Positions 10,387-20,298 of a DNA stretch of 64,000 bases are shown here, in pieces. The notes beneath the pieces were generated by a model that searched no databases, was not told where the DNA came from, and saw only the letters and a program-made list of their open reading frames with translations. Location: NCBI GenBank assembly GCA_963847185.1, contig CAWJYV010000004.1, forward strand, positions 128,001 through 192,000, given 5' to 3'. Numbering within the stretch: position 1 is the first letter of the stretch; every line of letters begins with the position of its first letter. This DNA is from an uncultured Methanosarcinaceae archaeon. Its GTDB lineage: Archaea; Halobacteriota; Methanosarcinia; Methanosarcinales; Methanosarcinaceae. The position numbers and the translations under genes are program-made.

Positions 10387-11022
10387 CTACATGCTTCTTT
10401 TTTCGGATTTGTTGTAAAAAAAGGGCTCCTTACAATTTTTACATATTTTTCCATCAAGGGCTTTCCTGCCTTCTGTGGAGACACTCTTTTCCTGCAGCTG
10501 GCTTTTATCTTCCTGATTGCTTCCTGTTGCTTCTCGTGAGCTTCCTATGGACTTCTGGTTAATCAATGTTTGAACCTGCAGGAAATAATTATTATGCATT
10601 TGCTTAAGGTCCTCTTTTCGCTGGCCTGCTTTCTTAAGGTCGTTCTCCAGGCGCTCTATGCTCTTATCCTTCTCTTCAAGTACCATTTTAATAGCTTCAT
10701 ACCTGGCCTGCTGCTGGACGAACTCCACAAGATCCGGAGCTTTTGCGAGATCATCTTTCAATTTTACACTTTCAGATTGAAGAGCCTTGATATCCTGTCT
10801 GTATCCTAAATATCCTGAAGATATCCTTCTATATCCTTTCTGTATCCTTCTTGGATCCTTTCCATATCCTGCTTGTATCCTGTTATATCCTCTTGTGGAT
10901 CCTCAAAGAACTTTTCTAGGGCTTTTGTTAAGGCCTGGGTAATATTCATACCCTGCAGTTTCTAACTTATTATAGAGGCTTACAGGTATCCAGGTGTTTA
11001 TTTTGCGTTTCTCTTCGGGCAT
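10387..11022 (-). pseudogene. Frameshifted RHH-like + coiled-coil + zinc-ribbon protein
   Basis: Reassembled across two frameshifts: MPEEKRKINTWIPVSLYNKLETAGY/NITQALTKALEKFF...HNNYFLQVQTLINQK...KICKNCKEPF. Confidence 0.65.
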
Positions 11023-11113
11023 AAACTTGTATTAAATTTTTTAGGGTATTAGTATATCCCTTTGTATCCTGGTTATATCCTATTGATATCCTGGATGTAT
11101 CCTTTGTGTATCC
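10790..11113. repeat. Two arrays of (T/G)ATCC motifs with 9-12 bp spacing
   Basis: 11 copies in 10791..10902 and 6 copies in 11055..11113. Confidence 0.85.
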
Positions 11114-11845
11114 ATGGGAGTGAGTTAGATCAATTTTATAATTCACTCTTTTATATTGCCTATGTGTTTCTTGCCTTATTTTTCTCTTGAAGTATGGGGT
11201 TAATCGATAGGAAAAAAGTTCTACCCAAAAATGGAATAAGCCCCCTGATGTTTAATTTTCACATATGTATTGGGTTTTGTATTCCATAGTACTATGGAAT
11301 GAATCTGAGCCCAAACACATAGGCACATTTTACCGATAACGATTAAAAAAACGAGTAAACAAAAGATTGCCTGATATTAAGCAACATGTCTGATTTCAAA
11401 GATGATTTTATTGAGTAAATTATTGAGAGTAATAAACTCAAAAAGATTTTTGCAAATAAGGCGAAATCGTGTTATGATATATTATGCTTTTATCGTTATT
11501 TGTAAGATTTTTCAGCGAGGTAATATTAAGCCTATTTTTCAATAAGAATATCATACCATAGCTAGAAATTTTAACCTATATATTTATTACACAATTTCAA
11601 AATCCATATATGTCATAACCATAGAATCTACGTAGAAAGAAATAGAGAGTTAAGATGGTGAATAAAGTAAACTGTATTTTTCATAATGCTAACTATTTTT
11701 CTTTTTAATATTCTCGTGTGTACAAAGTCAGGAATTTCTGATAATAATGTGCTTCATATTCCCCCGAAAACAACAGTATCTACTTAATAGATAAACACGC
11801 AACAAAGACAACTGTATGTAATATAACTAAATCAAGGAGAAAACA

Positions 11846-12381
11846 ATGAGTCATACGGCTGAGACTAAACAGGAGCCTGAGACTAAACAGGAGCCTGAGA
11901 CTAAACAGGAGCCTAGACTAAACAGGAGCCTGATTATAAGAAGAACAAAAAGATTTCGGAAATCATCTTAGATTATGTAAATCATATAGCTTCAGGCTTA
12001 TCTATATACTCATTTATAAAGGATTCTACTACAAAGGATTGTAATGAGGCGGTTACAGATTATTACCAGCATAATACAATGGCCACCGATATACCGTTTA
12101 AAATTATTGAACCAAAAGACGGTAGTTATGTACACAGAGTATTCACAGTTTATGGTATATGTGCAATACCTAGCTCATCAATAAACGTATGTGTTATCGA
12201 TAAGTATGGCCAAATATGGCGCGTAGGAACTGCTAACCCAACCACTGATGGACTATGGAAGTGTAGTGTAAGGATTGGGCAGTATGGTAACCAATATGCA
12301 GGAATTTTCACTCTATTTGCGAATTTAACAAAAGATAATAAATCCTATGAAACACCACACATTGATGTAATAAGGTCTTAA
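11846..12381 (+). pseudogene. Hypothetical protein with ETKQEP repeats, frameshifted in the 4th repeat; C-terminal beta-rich (Ig-like?) domain
   Basis: SD AAGGAG and ATG at 11846. GAGACTAAACAGGAGCCT x3 plus one 17-bp copy. Restoring 1 nt joins this start in frame to ORF 12079..12381. Confidence 0.7.
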
Positions 12382-13026
12382 TTTTTGAATTTCATCTTTT
12401 TATTTGCATTCAATGTCTTACACTTGGTGGGGTTATCGATAGTAAAATATAGCTACTCAAAATATTAAGCCTATTGATAGTGTTTTTGAGAATCCTGTCT
12501 ATAGTATATGGAATAGCTATTAACAAAAACACATAGGCACGTTTAACCGAAGCTGTTTTATTTTGTTGAGTAAACAAATTCACTAAAAAACCTTAATTTT
12601 AGTTCATAATTGATTAAATATATCTGCGTAAAAAAGAAATTCTGTTTTAGTTATTAGTGTTACTTTCATTAATATATTTACATAACTAGTATGTTTTGCA
12701 TATATACTGAGAAACTGGGAAAAATAATCTAAAAATTGCAGTATCCTTTTAATACTATCAATATTTCTTGATCGGAATATCTGTCTAGTAGTTTTGTGCT
12801 TTTAGAGTTGCTAATCCTTTACAATAAAACATAGGCTTACTGTCTGCCTCTATGTGAGGCTTTCAGGGAATGGATGGGACGATTTACCCGTTTTAAAAAG
12901 CTTCTTAGAATGGCTTAGAATTAGAAAGTTAAAAGATCGGCATTTAAAAAAGATTGAGCTCTGATAAAAAGTACGTGTTTATTTCAGGCTCGTTTAATTT
13001 TTAATGCTTTTTTGACCAGCAGATTA

Positions 13027-13569
13027 TTATGGTGTTTCTTCCACTTCCATGCCATCTACTTCGTACAATCCTGCAAGTGTGAGTGTCACGTATTCTGGGG
13101 AATAGATTGGATGGCAGGCAGTTATTACTCCTATGTCATTTTCGAATATGACTTCTTCTACAGTCGGGATGTATGTACCGTGAATTGATTCGTCGAGTAT
13201 TCCTGTTCCTGTAAATATGAAAGAATTATCATCGGTATTGAATGTAAGATAGCCTAATGTGGTGTCCATGCCTGTGAATTCATTATGGATTACGATATCA
13301 CATGAAGTAAATGTTTTTTCGTTGCCTGTGTTCGGGTCTATTAAAGAGTAATTCATGACGTTTACGGCTTTCGTGCTGTTGTTTATTAGGATTGGTCCAG
13401 CGTCTAGCATATTGTTTATGTATGCTCTTACTTCTGGGCTCATGTTAATCGATACGTATTCTGGTTTTGGTACTTCTAGACCATCATCTGCTCCTGCTAT
13501 TCCTAAAAACAGAACAAATACTGCTAAAAAAAGGCACAGCGTGATTGATGCTTTGTAAAATGCTTTCGT
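13027..13569 (-). CDS. Secreted hypothetical protein with ACG at the expected start (non-canonical start or start-loss pseudogene)
   Basis: GGAGG, 8 nt, then ACG AAA GCA, followed by a signal peptide KAFYKASITLCLFLAVFVLFLGIAGA in frame with ORF 13027..13443. Confidence 0.6.
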   Translation of the reverse strand, partial: TKAFYKASITLCLFLAVFVLFLGIAGADDGLEVPKPEYVSINMSPEVRAYINNMLDAGPILINNSTKAVNVMNYSLIDPNTGNEKTFTSCDIVIHNEFTGMDTTLGYLTFNTDDNSFIFTGTGILDESIHGTYIPTVEEVIFENDIGVITACHPIYSPEYVTLTLAGLYEVDGMEVEETP

Positions 13570-13881
13570 TTCTTATTCCTCCTAATATTTTTTCATTGCA
13601 TTTTACAGAATTTTAAAGATTTTAAATGTTATTATGTTAAATTGTGTATTTCCTCTTCAAAACTTAACAAATGCACAGAAGACTATAAAGGCTTATTATC
13701 TCCTTCTCTATGCGTTTTTCTCCTTCTAAGAGCTACATTCCACTTTTCCGGCACTCTAAAAACTTCTCTAAAGGGCTTATAATCGCTCAGTTCTACTGAT
13801 GCTTATTTTATTTTGCTAAGTAATGTTTATATACTTTACTTGCGTATATAGTAAATAGTCAAAGAATAAGGAGCGCAACAA

Positions 13882-14150
13882 ATGACCTACACCAGAGAAT
13901 TAGCAAGAATTAAAGCAGTCCAGAACCATGGAATAAAAACCACTATGGAAGACAAGCATTAAGAAACCCTGAACCTGTTTCTTTTGAAAGATGGTTCTTG
14001 ATAGGAATAAGAAGACAGGAGAAAAAGGGCGCTGAATTTGATTTTCTTTCTTCTGGATTGATCCGGATAAAATGGCCGGAAAAGGTCCCAATGCTCCGAA
14101 CAATGGCAGACTTTGAGAGGGAATTTCAAAATTACCTCTCAAAATTTTAA
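13882..14150 (+). pseudogene. Frameshifted small hypothetical protein
   Basis: SD AAGGAG; MTYTRELARIKAVQNHG then a shifted frame YGRQALRNPEPVSFERWF...QNYLSKF*. Confidence 0.45.
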
Positions 14151-14215
14151 TTCTTTTTCTTCCCGAAAGTGGTATAATGTTGCGCTCCGCTTTAGAAGAG
14201 AAACGAGGCTAATAT

Positions 14216-14593
14216 ATGACTGAAAGACCATCAAACAGGCCTAGTAAATCTGAACCATGGCCGAAGCAATACAGAAAATTAACAATGCAGCTGGAACCCT
14301 CAGATAGGATTTTCTTTAGGTCTGTAAATGCTCGGGGTATTCCTGCAGGTGTAGGGGCTGGAAACGCTGGGAAGGCTTGCACAGTGATAATAAGACAAAA
14401 AGAAATAGAAGGGCTGGAGAAGGTCCGGAGCTTTAGGGATCTTGAAGAATTCGCGGGCTCTTCTGTGGATATCTTCCCGGAGGACATGGTATTTTCTTGC
14501 CTGGTTGATTCTGTGGGGGCTCCTTATTCTGTGGGGCTTCCAAACAAGGGAAAGGATGTTACTATTATTGTTTTTGGAGAAGAAGAGGCTTAA
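14216..14593 (+). CDS. Hypothetical protein with two internal repeats (DUF2080/AbrB-like by inference)
   Basis: The two halves end in VGAGNAGKACTVII and VGLPNKGKDVTIIV. SD GAGG. Confidence 0.55.
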   Translation: MTERPSNRPSKSEPWPKQYRKLTMQLEPSDRIFFRSVNARGIPAGVGAGNAGKACTVIIRQKEIEGLEKVRSFRDLEEFAGSSVDIFPEDMVFSCLVDSVGAPYSVGLPNKGKDVTIIVFGEEEA

Positions 14594-14616
14594 ATTCTGG
14601 AAGGAGGAATAAACGC

Positions 14617-14859
14617 ATGAAAATGTCAATAATTGAAGCACTTGAAAAGCTGGCAGAGCTCAACAACTACGAAGAAATTTTAGTAAAAATCAAAGATGAT
14701 GAACCTACTTTAATTGATTTAGAAATTGATGATATCCGAAAGTTCGCGGATGATCCGGACCAAACTTTTGATTTGATAGTCACAGAGTACACGATACGAG
14801 AGCTAGATGAAAACGGAAATGAAAAATTAGGAGAACCTCTTTATAAAGTTGTAAGATAA
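14617..14859 (+). CDS. Small acidic hypothetical protein
   Basis: Strong SD AAGGAGG, 80-aa ORF, T-tract after the stop. Confidence 0.7.
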   Translation: MKMSIIEALEKLAELNNYEEILVKIKDDEPTLIDLEIDDIRKFADDPDQTFDLIVTEYTIRELDENGNEKLGEPLYKVVR

Positions 14860-14886
14860 TTAATTCCTTTTCTTTCCTTTTTATGT

Positions 14887-15019
14887 GAGCTCATCCTAAA
14901 ACTAATTAGATCCTCAAAAATTAGTAAAGTTTCAGAACTATTTTTCCATGATCAGAAACTGGATTGATTATTCGGAATATGGGATTCAGAGAAGCAATTT
15001 TGAGTTTTGGGATGAACTC
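14887..15019. mobile_element. MITE family A copy (133 bp), direct repeat of 8614..8746
   Basis: 132/133 identical to the copy at 8614. Confidence 0.88.
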
Positions 15020-15263
15020 AGGATATAATACATCCAGTCATCGTTATCAGAAAATATATAATGAAGTAATATTAAGAAGAACATATTCTATTTAGATTAT
15101 AAGTCTTGAGCTAATATATGCATATGTACTCATCAATAGAAAGGATTGAATATTTCTGTCCTTTTACTATGGTGAATATACTTTGAAGAAAATATCATTA
15201 TAATAAATTCTAAAAAATAAATATGCTTAATAGACAGACAAAATAAAGATCGGAGGGACCAAA

Positions 15264-15341
15264 ATGAAATTTGTATTTAACCTTAATTTTTTATTTCAAG
15301 CTATTGCAGGCATTAACCCACAGTTCTGTTTTGAATTTTAA
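15264..15341 (+). CDS. 25-aa Phe-rich small peptide MKFVFNLNFLFQAIAGINPQFCFEF
   Basis: SD GGAGG 7 nt upstream. 8/25 identities, ungapped, with the 9288 peptide. Confidence 0.6.
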   Translation: MKFVFNLNFLFQAIAGINPQFCFEF

Positions 15342-15427
15342 TCAAAATAGCTGCAGGTTAAAATTTAACTTAAATTTAACGCGTAAAAATAATCAATATA
15401 CAATACAAAATAATGGAGGGAGTTTTA

Positions 15428-15505
15428 ATGTCTATACTGTTTGAATACCTTACTATCTGCAAGACTTTTCAGCTGGAAAAATTCAGATTCATCCAGATTT
15501 GTTAA
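15428..15505 (+). CDS. 25-aa small peptide MSILFEYLTICKTFQLEKFRFIQIC
   Basis: SD GGAGGGAG. The SD+ORF unit is duplicated 138 bp downstream. Confidence 0.6.
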   Translation: MSILFEYLTICKTFQLEKFRFIQIC

Positions 15506-15565
15506 GACGCATAAAAACTGGATTAACCGAATGAACAGACAAACTAAAGAGTGGAGGGAGTTTTA

Positions 15566-15643
15566 ATGTCTATACTGTTTGAATACCTTGCTATCTGCAA
15601 GACTTTTCAGCTGGAAAAATTCAGATTCATCCAGATTTGTTAA
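15566..15643 (+). CDS. 25-aa small peptide MSILFEYLAICKTFQLEKFRFIQIC
   Basis: Copy of 15428..15505 with one substitution (T9A). Identity spans from the SD to the stop codon. Confidence 0.6.
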   Translation: MSILFEYLAICKTFQLEKFRFIQIC

Positions 15644-15936
15644 AGCCAAGAAATCATTATGAGGAAAGTCTATAGGAGGATTTACCAGGAACATAATGTT
15701 CGTGGATTAAGCCTTGACATAGACAAGAATACAGAAAATAGAACTTACATAGTTGCCCAGAGAGCAGGCAACTTTATTTATCATCTTTTTTCACTTTTTT
15801 GTCATACGGATAACTTCATTTATCCTAGATTAGAGCTTGAATATGACCGCTCTCCATAAGTTCCCTGAAATTTCTAGGAACTCATAACCTTACTGTAACT
15901 TACTCTTAATTAAGAACATTAGAACACTTAGAACAG

Positions 15937-16066
15937 GAACCTATCCCAAAACCCATTTCTGTTTCCATATCCATAGGAATTTCATACTATTTTCCTGATC
16001 TGTAGCTCAATTGATTATTTAAAAATCGAAATTGAAAGAGCAGTTTTTAAGTTTTGGGATCAGCTC
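15937..16066. mobile_element. MITE family A diverged copy
   Basis: Ends GAACCTATCCCAAAAC / GTTTTGGGATCAGCTC. Interior resembles 63587..63716. Confidence 0.75.
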
Positions 16067-16430
16067 ATACATTATTTTTTCAGTCATCCATATGTAAAGC
16101 TGGGGATTTCTCCAGCTGCAAAAACGTATTATCTCTTTTTATCTTTTAACAAATTGTACAAGCTCGATGTACATCATCAGACACACTGCGAAAAACAAAA
16201 CCCCTACTGTAAAAATCAAATGCGTGCGGCCATCCCACCCTAAAGAATGGGTACGCTTCGGGCCTCCCGCCGGGTTACTTGGAAAAGAAGTCACAGTGTC
16301 CTTTAACAAGGTTTCATTGATCTAAGTGATTGAAACTCTGCCACCGATATCTGTCGGATTTCCGATAACTTTCCAAAGAAGAGACGATTAAGATATGTAA
16401 GGGGAAAAACGAAGAGGCGAGGGTTCACAT

Positions 16431-16487
16431 CATCCCCAATCTAAAGAATGGGGTATTCGTGACCCTCTGCGCTCCCCATGTAATAAA
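16431..16487. mobile_element. Hairpin repeat, possibly an IS200/IS605-type end remnant
   Basis: CCCCAATCTAAAGAATGGGG hairpin plus a tail shared with 48602..48647. A related hairpin lies at about 16231. Confidence 0.45.
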
Positions 16488-17092
16488 CACAATCGGTTAA
16501 ACTTACCTATGTGTTTTGTTTAATGTATTCTAAAGGCTATATGCATGGATTTACAGTTTTTTGAGTTTTCCAGAGAAAATGGATAAAATAGCTATCAGTA
16601 GAAATCTTCATCCTATCAGAATTGTGAAAATCGTATTTAGTGATAGGTATTCCCTTCGATAACGCGTATTCTAGCGTAACATGGAAAGATTTCCGAAAAT
16701 CTTTCATGATTCCCCAGGACAGCAGCTACAAAAACTCCGATAAATCAGTTAATTCTCTCGTAAGAAGGAAACAAGAGAATTCAAAAAATCAATAATCTGG
16801 AAACATCAGCCTGTTTGTAAGGCTTTCATTCTTTGAGCAGAAAACAGTCTTACCGAAGTCGAGATTGTAGCTTACTGGATAGATTGTTCTCAAAACTAGT
16901 AATCGTGTTTACTCGGAAAGATTGTAGTTCTGGTAGTTTTTATTAAGGTTCTTTTTGGCAAATGCGAACAGGATTCTTAAAACATAGATTTAAATCTTTA
17001 GGTGTTCTAACTGTCTTAGTATATTTTCAATGTGTATCTGATTTTGCTTTTTTTTTAGTTTGTTAGTTTATAAAAATAAGGAGGAGATATTA

Positions 17093-19969
17093 ATGAAAAT
17101 TAAGACAAGGTCACGTTCAATATTTCTAGTATCAGCATTTCTGATTTTATTTTTAATTTGTATTTCTTCTACTGCTTTAGCATCTACCACACAGCTAAGT
17201 AATTCCGATGGTAGTGATACAGCTGAACCATACGCATTTGTTACAAAATGGGGTTCTTATGGCAATGAAGATGGACAATTTAATTATCCAGCTGGTGTTG
17301 CAGTCGATTTATCAGACAATGTTTATGTTGCTGATTGCGAAAATAATCGCATTCAGAAGTTTGACAGCAACGGAGAATTTATAACCAAATGGGGTTCTTC
17401 TGGAAGTGAAGATGGACAATTTGGTTATCCAACTGATGTTGCTATAGACTCGTCAGATAATGTTTATGTTACAGATTTCGAGAATCATTGTATTCAGAAG
17501 TTTGACAGCAATGGCATGTTCATAACCAAATGGGGTTCTTCTGGAAATGAAGATGGACAATTTATTAATCCACTAGGCGTTACTATAGATTCGTCAGGCA
17601 ATGTTTATGTTGCAGATTTCGAGAATCATTGTATTCAGAAATTTGACAGCAATGGCATATTCATAACCAAATGGGGTTCTCCTGGAAGTGAAGATGGACA
17701 ATTTGTTTATCCAACTGATGTTGCTATAGACTCGTCAGATAATGTTTATGTTGCCGATTCGAGAAATGACCGTATTCAGAAGTTTGACAGCAATGGCATG
17801 TTCATAACCAAATGGGGTTCTCCTGGAAGTGGAGATGGACAATTTGGTTATCCAACTGATGTTGCTATAGACTCGTTAGATAATGTTTATGTTGCCGATT
17901 CGAGCAATGACCGTATTCAGAAGTTTGACAGTAACGGCGAGTTCATAACCAAATGGGGTTCTTCTGGAAGTGAAGATGGACAATTTGGTTATCCATGTAA
18001 TGTTGCTATAGATTCGTCAGACAATGTTTACGTTGCTGATTTTGAGAGCCATCGAATTCAGAAATTCGCTCCAATAGAAACACATAATCCCGCTCCAATT
18101 TACAATCCTGAAAATGGCCATTACTATGAAGTGAAAAATGTGCCAGGAAGCATTACCTGGGAAGATGCGAATAATGCAGCTCAATCTTCATCTTATTCAG
18201 GTATGAAGGGGTATCTGGCTACAATAACCTCTCAGAATGAAAATGAATTTATTGTTAACAACTTCGACATGCATCCAAATTACAATTGGTTAGGTGGCTT
18301 CCAGCCAGATAGCAGTGCAGAGCCAGCCGGTGGTTGGCAGTGGGTAACGGGGGAACCGTGGGATTATACCAATTGGAACTCAGGAGAACCTAGTAACGGT
18401 GGTAATAATGGAGAAGATAGGCTTCACATTTATGCCAATGGATTCTGGAATGATGATTCTGATGATTCTACAATACAAAATGGGTACATTGTAGAGTACG
18501 AAGGAATAACACCTAAACCTCCTGCACCAGCAAGGGAAATTACAGTAGGTAATAATTCTGAAGCTGATTTCATATCAATTCAGGAAGCGGTAAATAATTC
18601 CATGCCGGGAGACACCATAATCGTGATGTCTGGAATTTATACTGAAAATGTTCTTGTTAATTTGCCAGGGTTAACTATAAGATCAGAATTAAATTATGGA
18701 AGTGTGCAGGTAAAACCTTTGGACGAAAGTAAAAGTACCTTTATGATAACAGCTGATAATATAACGATCAGTGGTTTAAATATAGTAGGACCCGGTCAGG
18801 ATTATGAGAAAAGTGCAATCTTCATTTATGGCGATATGAACAATCTGACAGGCAATACCATTGAAAATGGTTGTATTCTTCTGGGACCCGAGAGAAGAGG
18901 CAATTTAATAGCCGAAAATAAGATATCAAACGGTGAAGGTAAAGGCATACATATTTCCTGTTGTGGATTTGATACAAATATAGTATCAAATAATACGATT
19001 TCAAATTGTTCCACTGGCATATACGAATATGATCAGGCAGCAGATATTCGTAATAACAGGATTACTGACTGTAGTTATGGGATTGAGCTTGCCCAAGCAA
19101 GTTCAGTAATTGACAATAATACAATATTAAACTGTGACGTAGGGATTCTTTTAGGAGAAAGTTGTTATGTTGACATAGTCAACAATAAAATAATGTTCTG
19201 TAAAGAATGCGGAATTTTTGATCAGGAAAACTTTGGCGGCCAACAAATTTATAATAATTATTTTAACAATATTCTAAATGTAAAGCTTGGACCTGGCGAA
19301 GGCGGGAATACCTGGAATACTTCACTTACTCAAGGTACTAACATTGCCGGAGGCCCTTATATTGGAGGAAACTTCTGGGCAAAGCCAGATGGAACTGGGT
19401 TCTCCCAGACCAGTGTAGATATGGATGAGAACGGGATTGGAGACCTGCCTTATAATATTTATGAGGATGAATTTGATTATTTGCCTCTTGTATCTCTATC
19501 CAATCTAGTTATTCCAACTGCGAACTTTACAGCTAGTGCCACTAGTGGTACTGCACCTCTCTTAGTTCAGTTTATAGATCTCTCTGAAAATGCAATAGAA
19601 TGGAACTGGAACTTTGGAGACGGAACTAACTCAACAGAGCAAAATCCGGTACACGCATACTCAGCAGCAGGAAACTATACTGCTACCTTGACGGTAAGTA
19701 ATATGGACGGTATAGATTCGAAACTTTCTACAATTACTGTTTTTGGACCTGTGCCTCCTGTTGAAAATGCAACAAATGTTTATGCTCCGGTTAATGTTCA
19801 AATTGGAAATCTTTCACAGAATGCAAACGAAATAAACTGGAACATTGGATCTCAGCAATTGGGTAAAATTTTCGGTTGTAACGGGCAAAACGTTTTTGCT
19901 CCAGTTATTGTGCAAATTGGAAATCTTTCACAAAATGCAACCACAATAAACTGGAATATCTCAGCTTAA
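17093..19969 (+). CDS. Secreted surface protein: 6 NHL repeats + C-type lectin-like + NosD/CASH beta-helix + PKD
   Basis: Signal peptide; six 47-aa KWGSxGSEDGQF..NVYVAD..RIQKFD repeats; NGHYY..W..A..GYLATI..ENEF..WLGG..WND lectin; GGPYIGGNFWAKPDGTGFS; WNFGDG PKD. SD GGAGG before 17093. Confidence 0.88.
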   Translation: MKIKTRSRSIFLVSAFLILFLICISSTALASTTQLSNSDGSDTAEPYAFVTKWGSYGNEDGQFNYPAGVAVDLSDNVYVADCENNRIQKFDSNGEFITKWGSSGSEDGQFGYPTDVAIDSSDNVYVTDFENHCIQKFDSNGMFITKWGSSGNEDGQFINPLGVTIDSSGNVYVADFENHCIQKFDSNGIFITKWGSPGSEDGQFVYPTDVAIDSSDNVYVADSRNDRIQKFDSNGMFITKWGSPGSGDGQFGYPTDVAIDSLDNVYVADSSNDRIQKFDSNGEFITKWGSSGSEDGQFGYPCNVAIDSSDNVYVADFESHRIQKFAPIETHNPAPIYNPENGHYYEVKNVPGSITWEDANNAAQSSSYSGMKGYLATITSQNENEFIVNNFDMHPNYNWLGGFQPDSSAEPAGGWQWVTGEPWDYTNWNSGEPSNGGNNGEDRLHIYANGFWNDDSDDSTIQNGYIVEYEGITPKPPAPAREITVGNNSEADFISIQEAVNNSMPGDTIIVMSGIYTENVLVNLPGLTIRSELNYGSVQVKPLDESKSTFMITADNITISGLNIVGPGQDYEKSAIFIYGDMNNLTGNTIENGCILLGPERRGNLIAENKISNGEGKGIHISCCGFDTNIVSNNTISNCSTGIYEYDQAADIRNNRITDCSYGIELAQASSVIDNNTILNCDVGILLGESCYVDIVNNKIMFCKECGIFDQENFGGQQIYNNYFNNILNVKLGPGEGGNTWNTSLTQGTNIAGGPYIGGNFWAKPDGTGFSQTSVDMDENGIGDLPYNIYEDEFDYLPLVSLSNLVIPTANFTASATSGTAPLLVQFIDLSENAIEWNWNFGDGTNSTEQNPVHAYSAAGNYTATLTVSNMDGIDSKLSTITVFGPVPPVENATNVYAPVNVQIGNLSQNANEINWNIGSQQLGKIFGCNGQNVFAPVIVQIGNLSQNATTINWNISA

Positions 19970-19988
19970 GATTGCTTTAAGCTGAGAT
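19958..19988 (+). terminator. Hairpin overlapping the stop of the surface protein gene
   Basis: ATCTCAGCTTAAG...TTTAAGCTGAGAT inverted repeat. Confidence 0.5.
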
Positions 19989-20298
19989 CTAATAAGAAGA
20001 GAAAAAGTTAGGAATATCTACATGGGACAAAATCCCATGTTTAAATTTTTGATGGCCACTATTATGAAGTGAAAAACATGCGTGACGGCGTTACTTGGGA
20101 AGATGCGAATAATTCAATTCAATCTTTATCATATTAAGGCATAATTGATTTTTTGCTCCGTAAAGTCTCACAAAAATAGCTCCGTTTTGACCTGAAAGGT
20201 AGTTATTTCTTTAAATTTTAGCTAAACTTTGAGGCAAATTATTAACATATTCTTCAAAAATAGCTACGTTTTAATATTTTGTAGCTCTCATCTTTTCC

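Noticed and set aside
15413-15645. 93-bp direct repeat as mini-CRISPR or MITE
   Set aside because: Too long, only two copies, no TIRs; it coincides with SD+ORF.
17240-18065. 141-bp repeats as a CRISPR array
   Set aside because: They are in-frame NHL coding repeats with no unique spacers.
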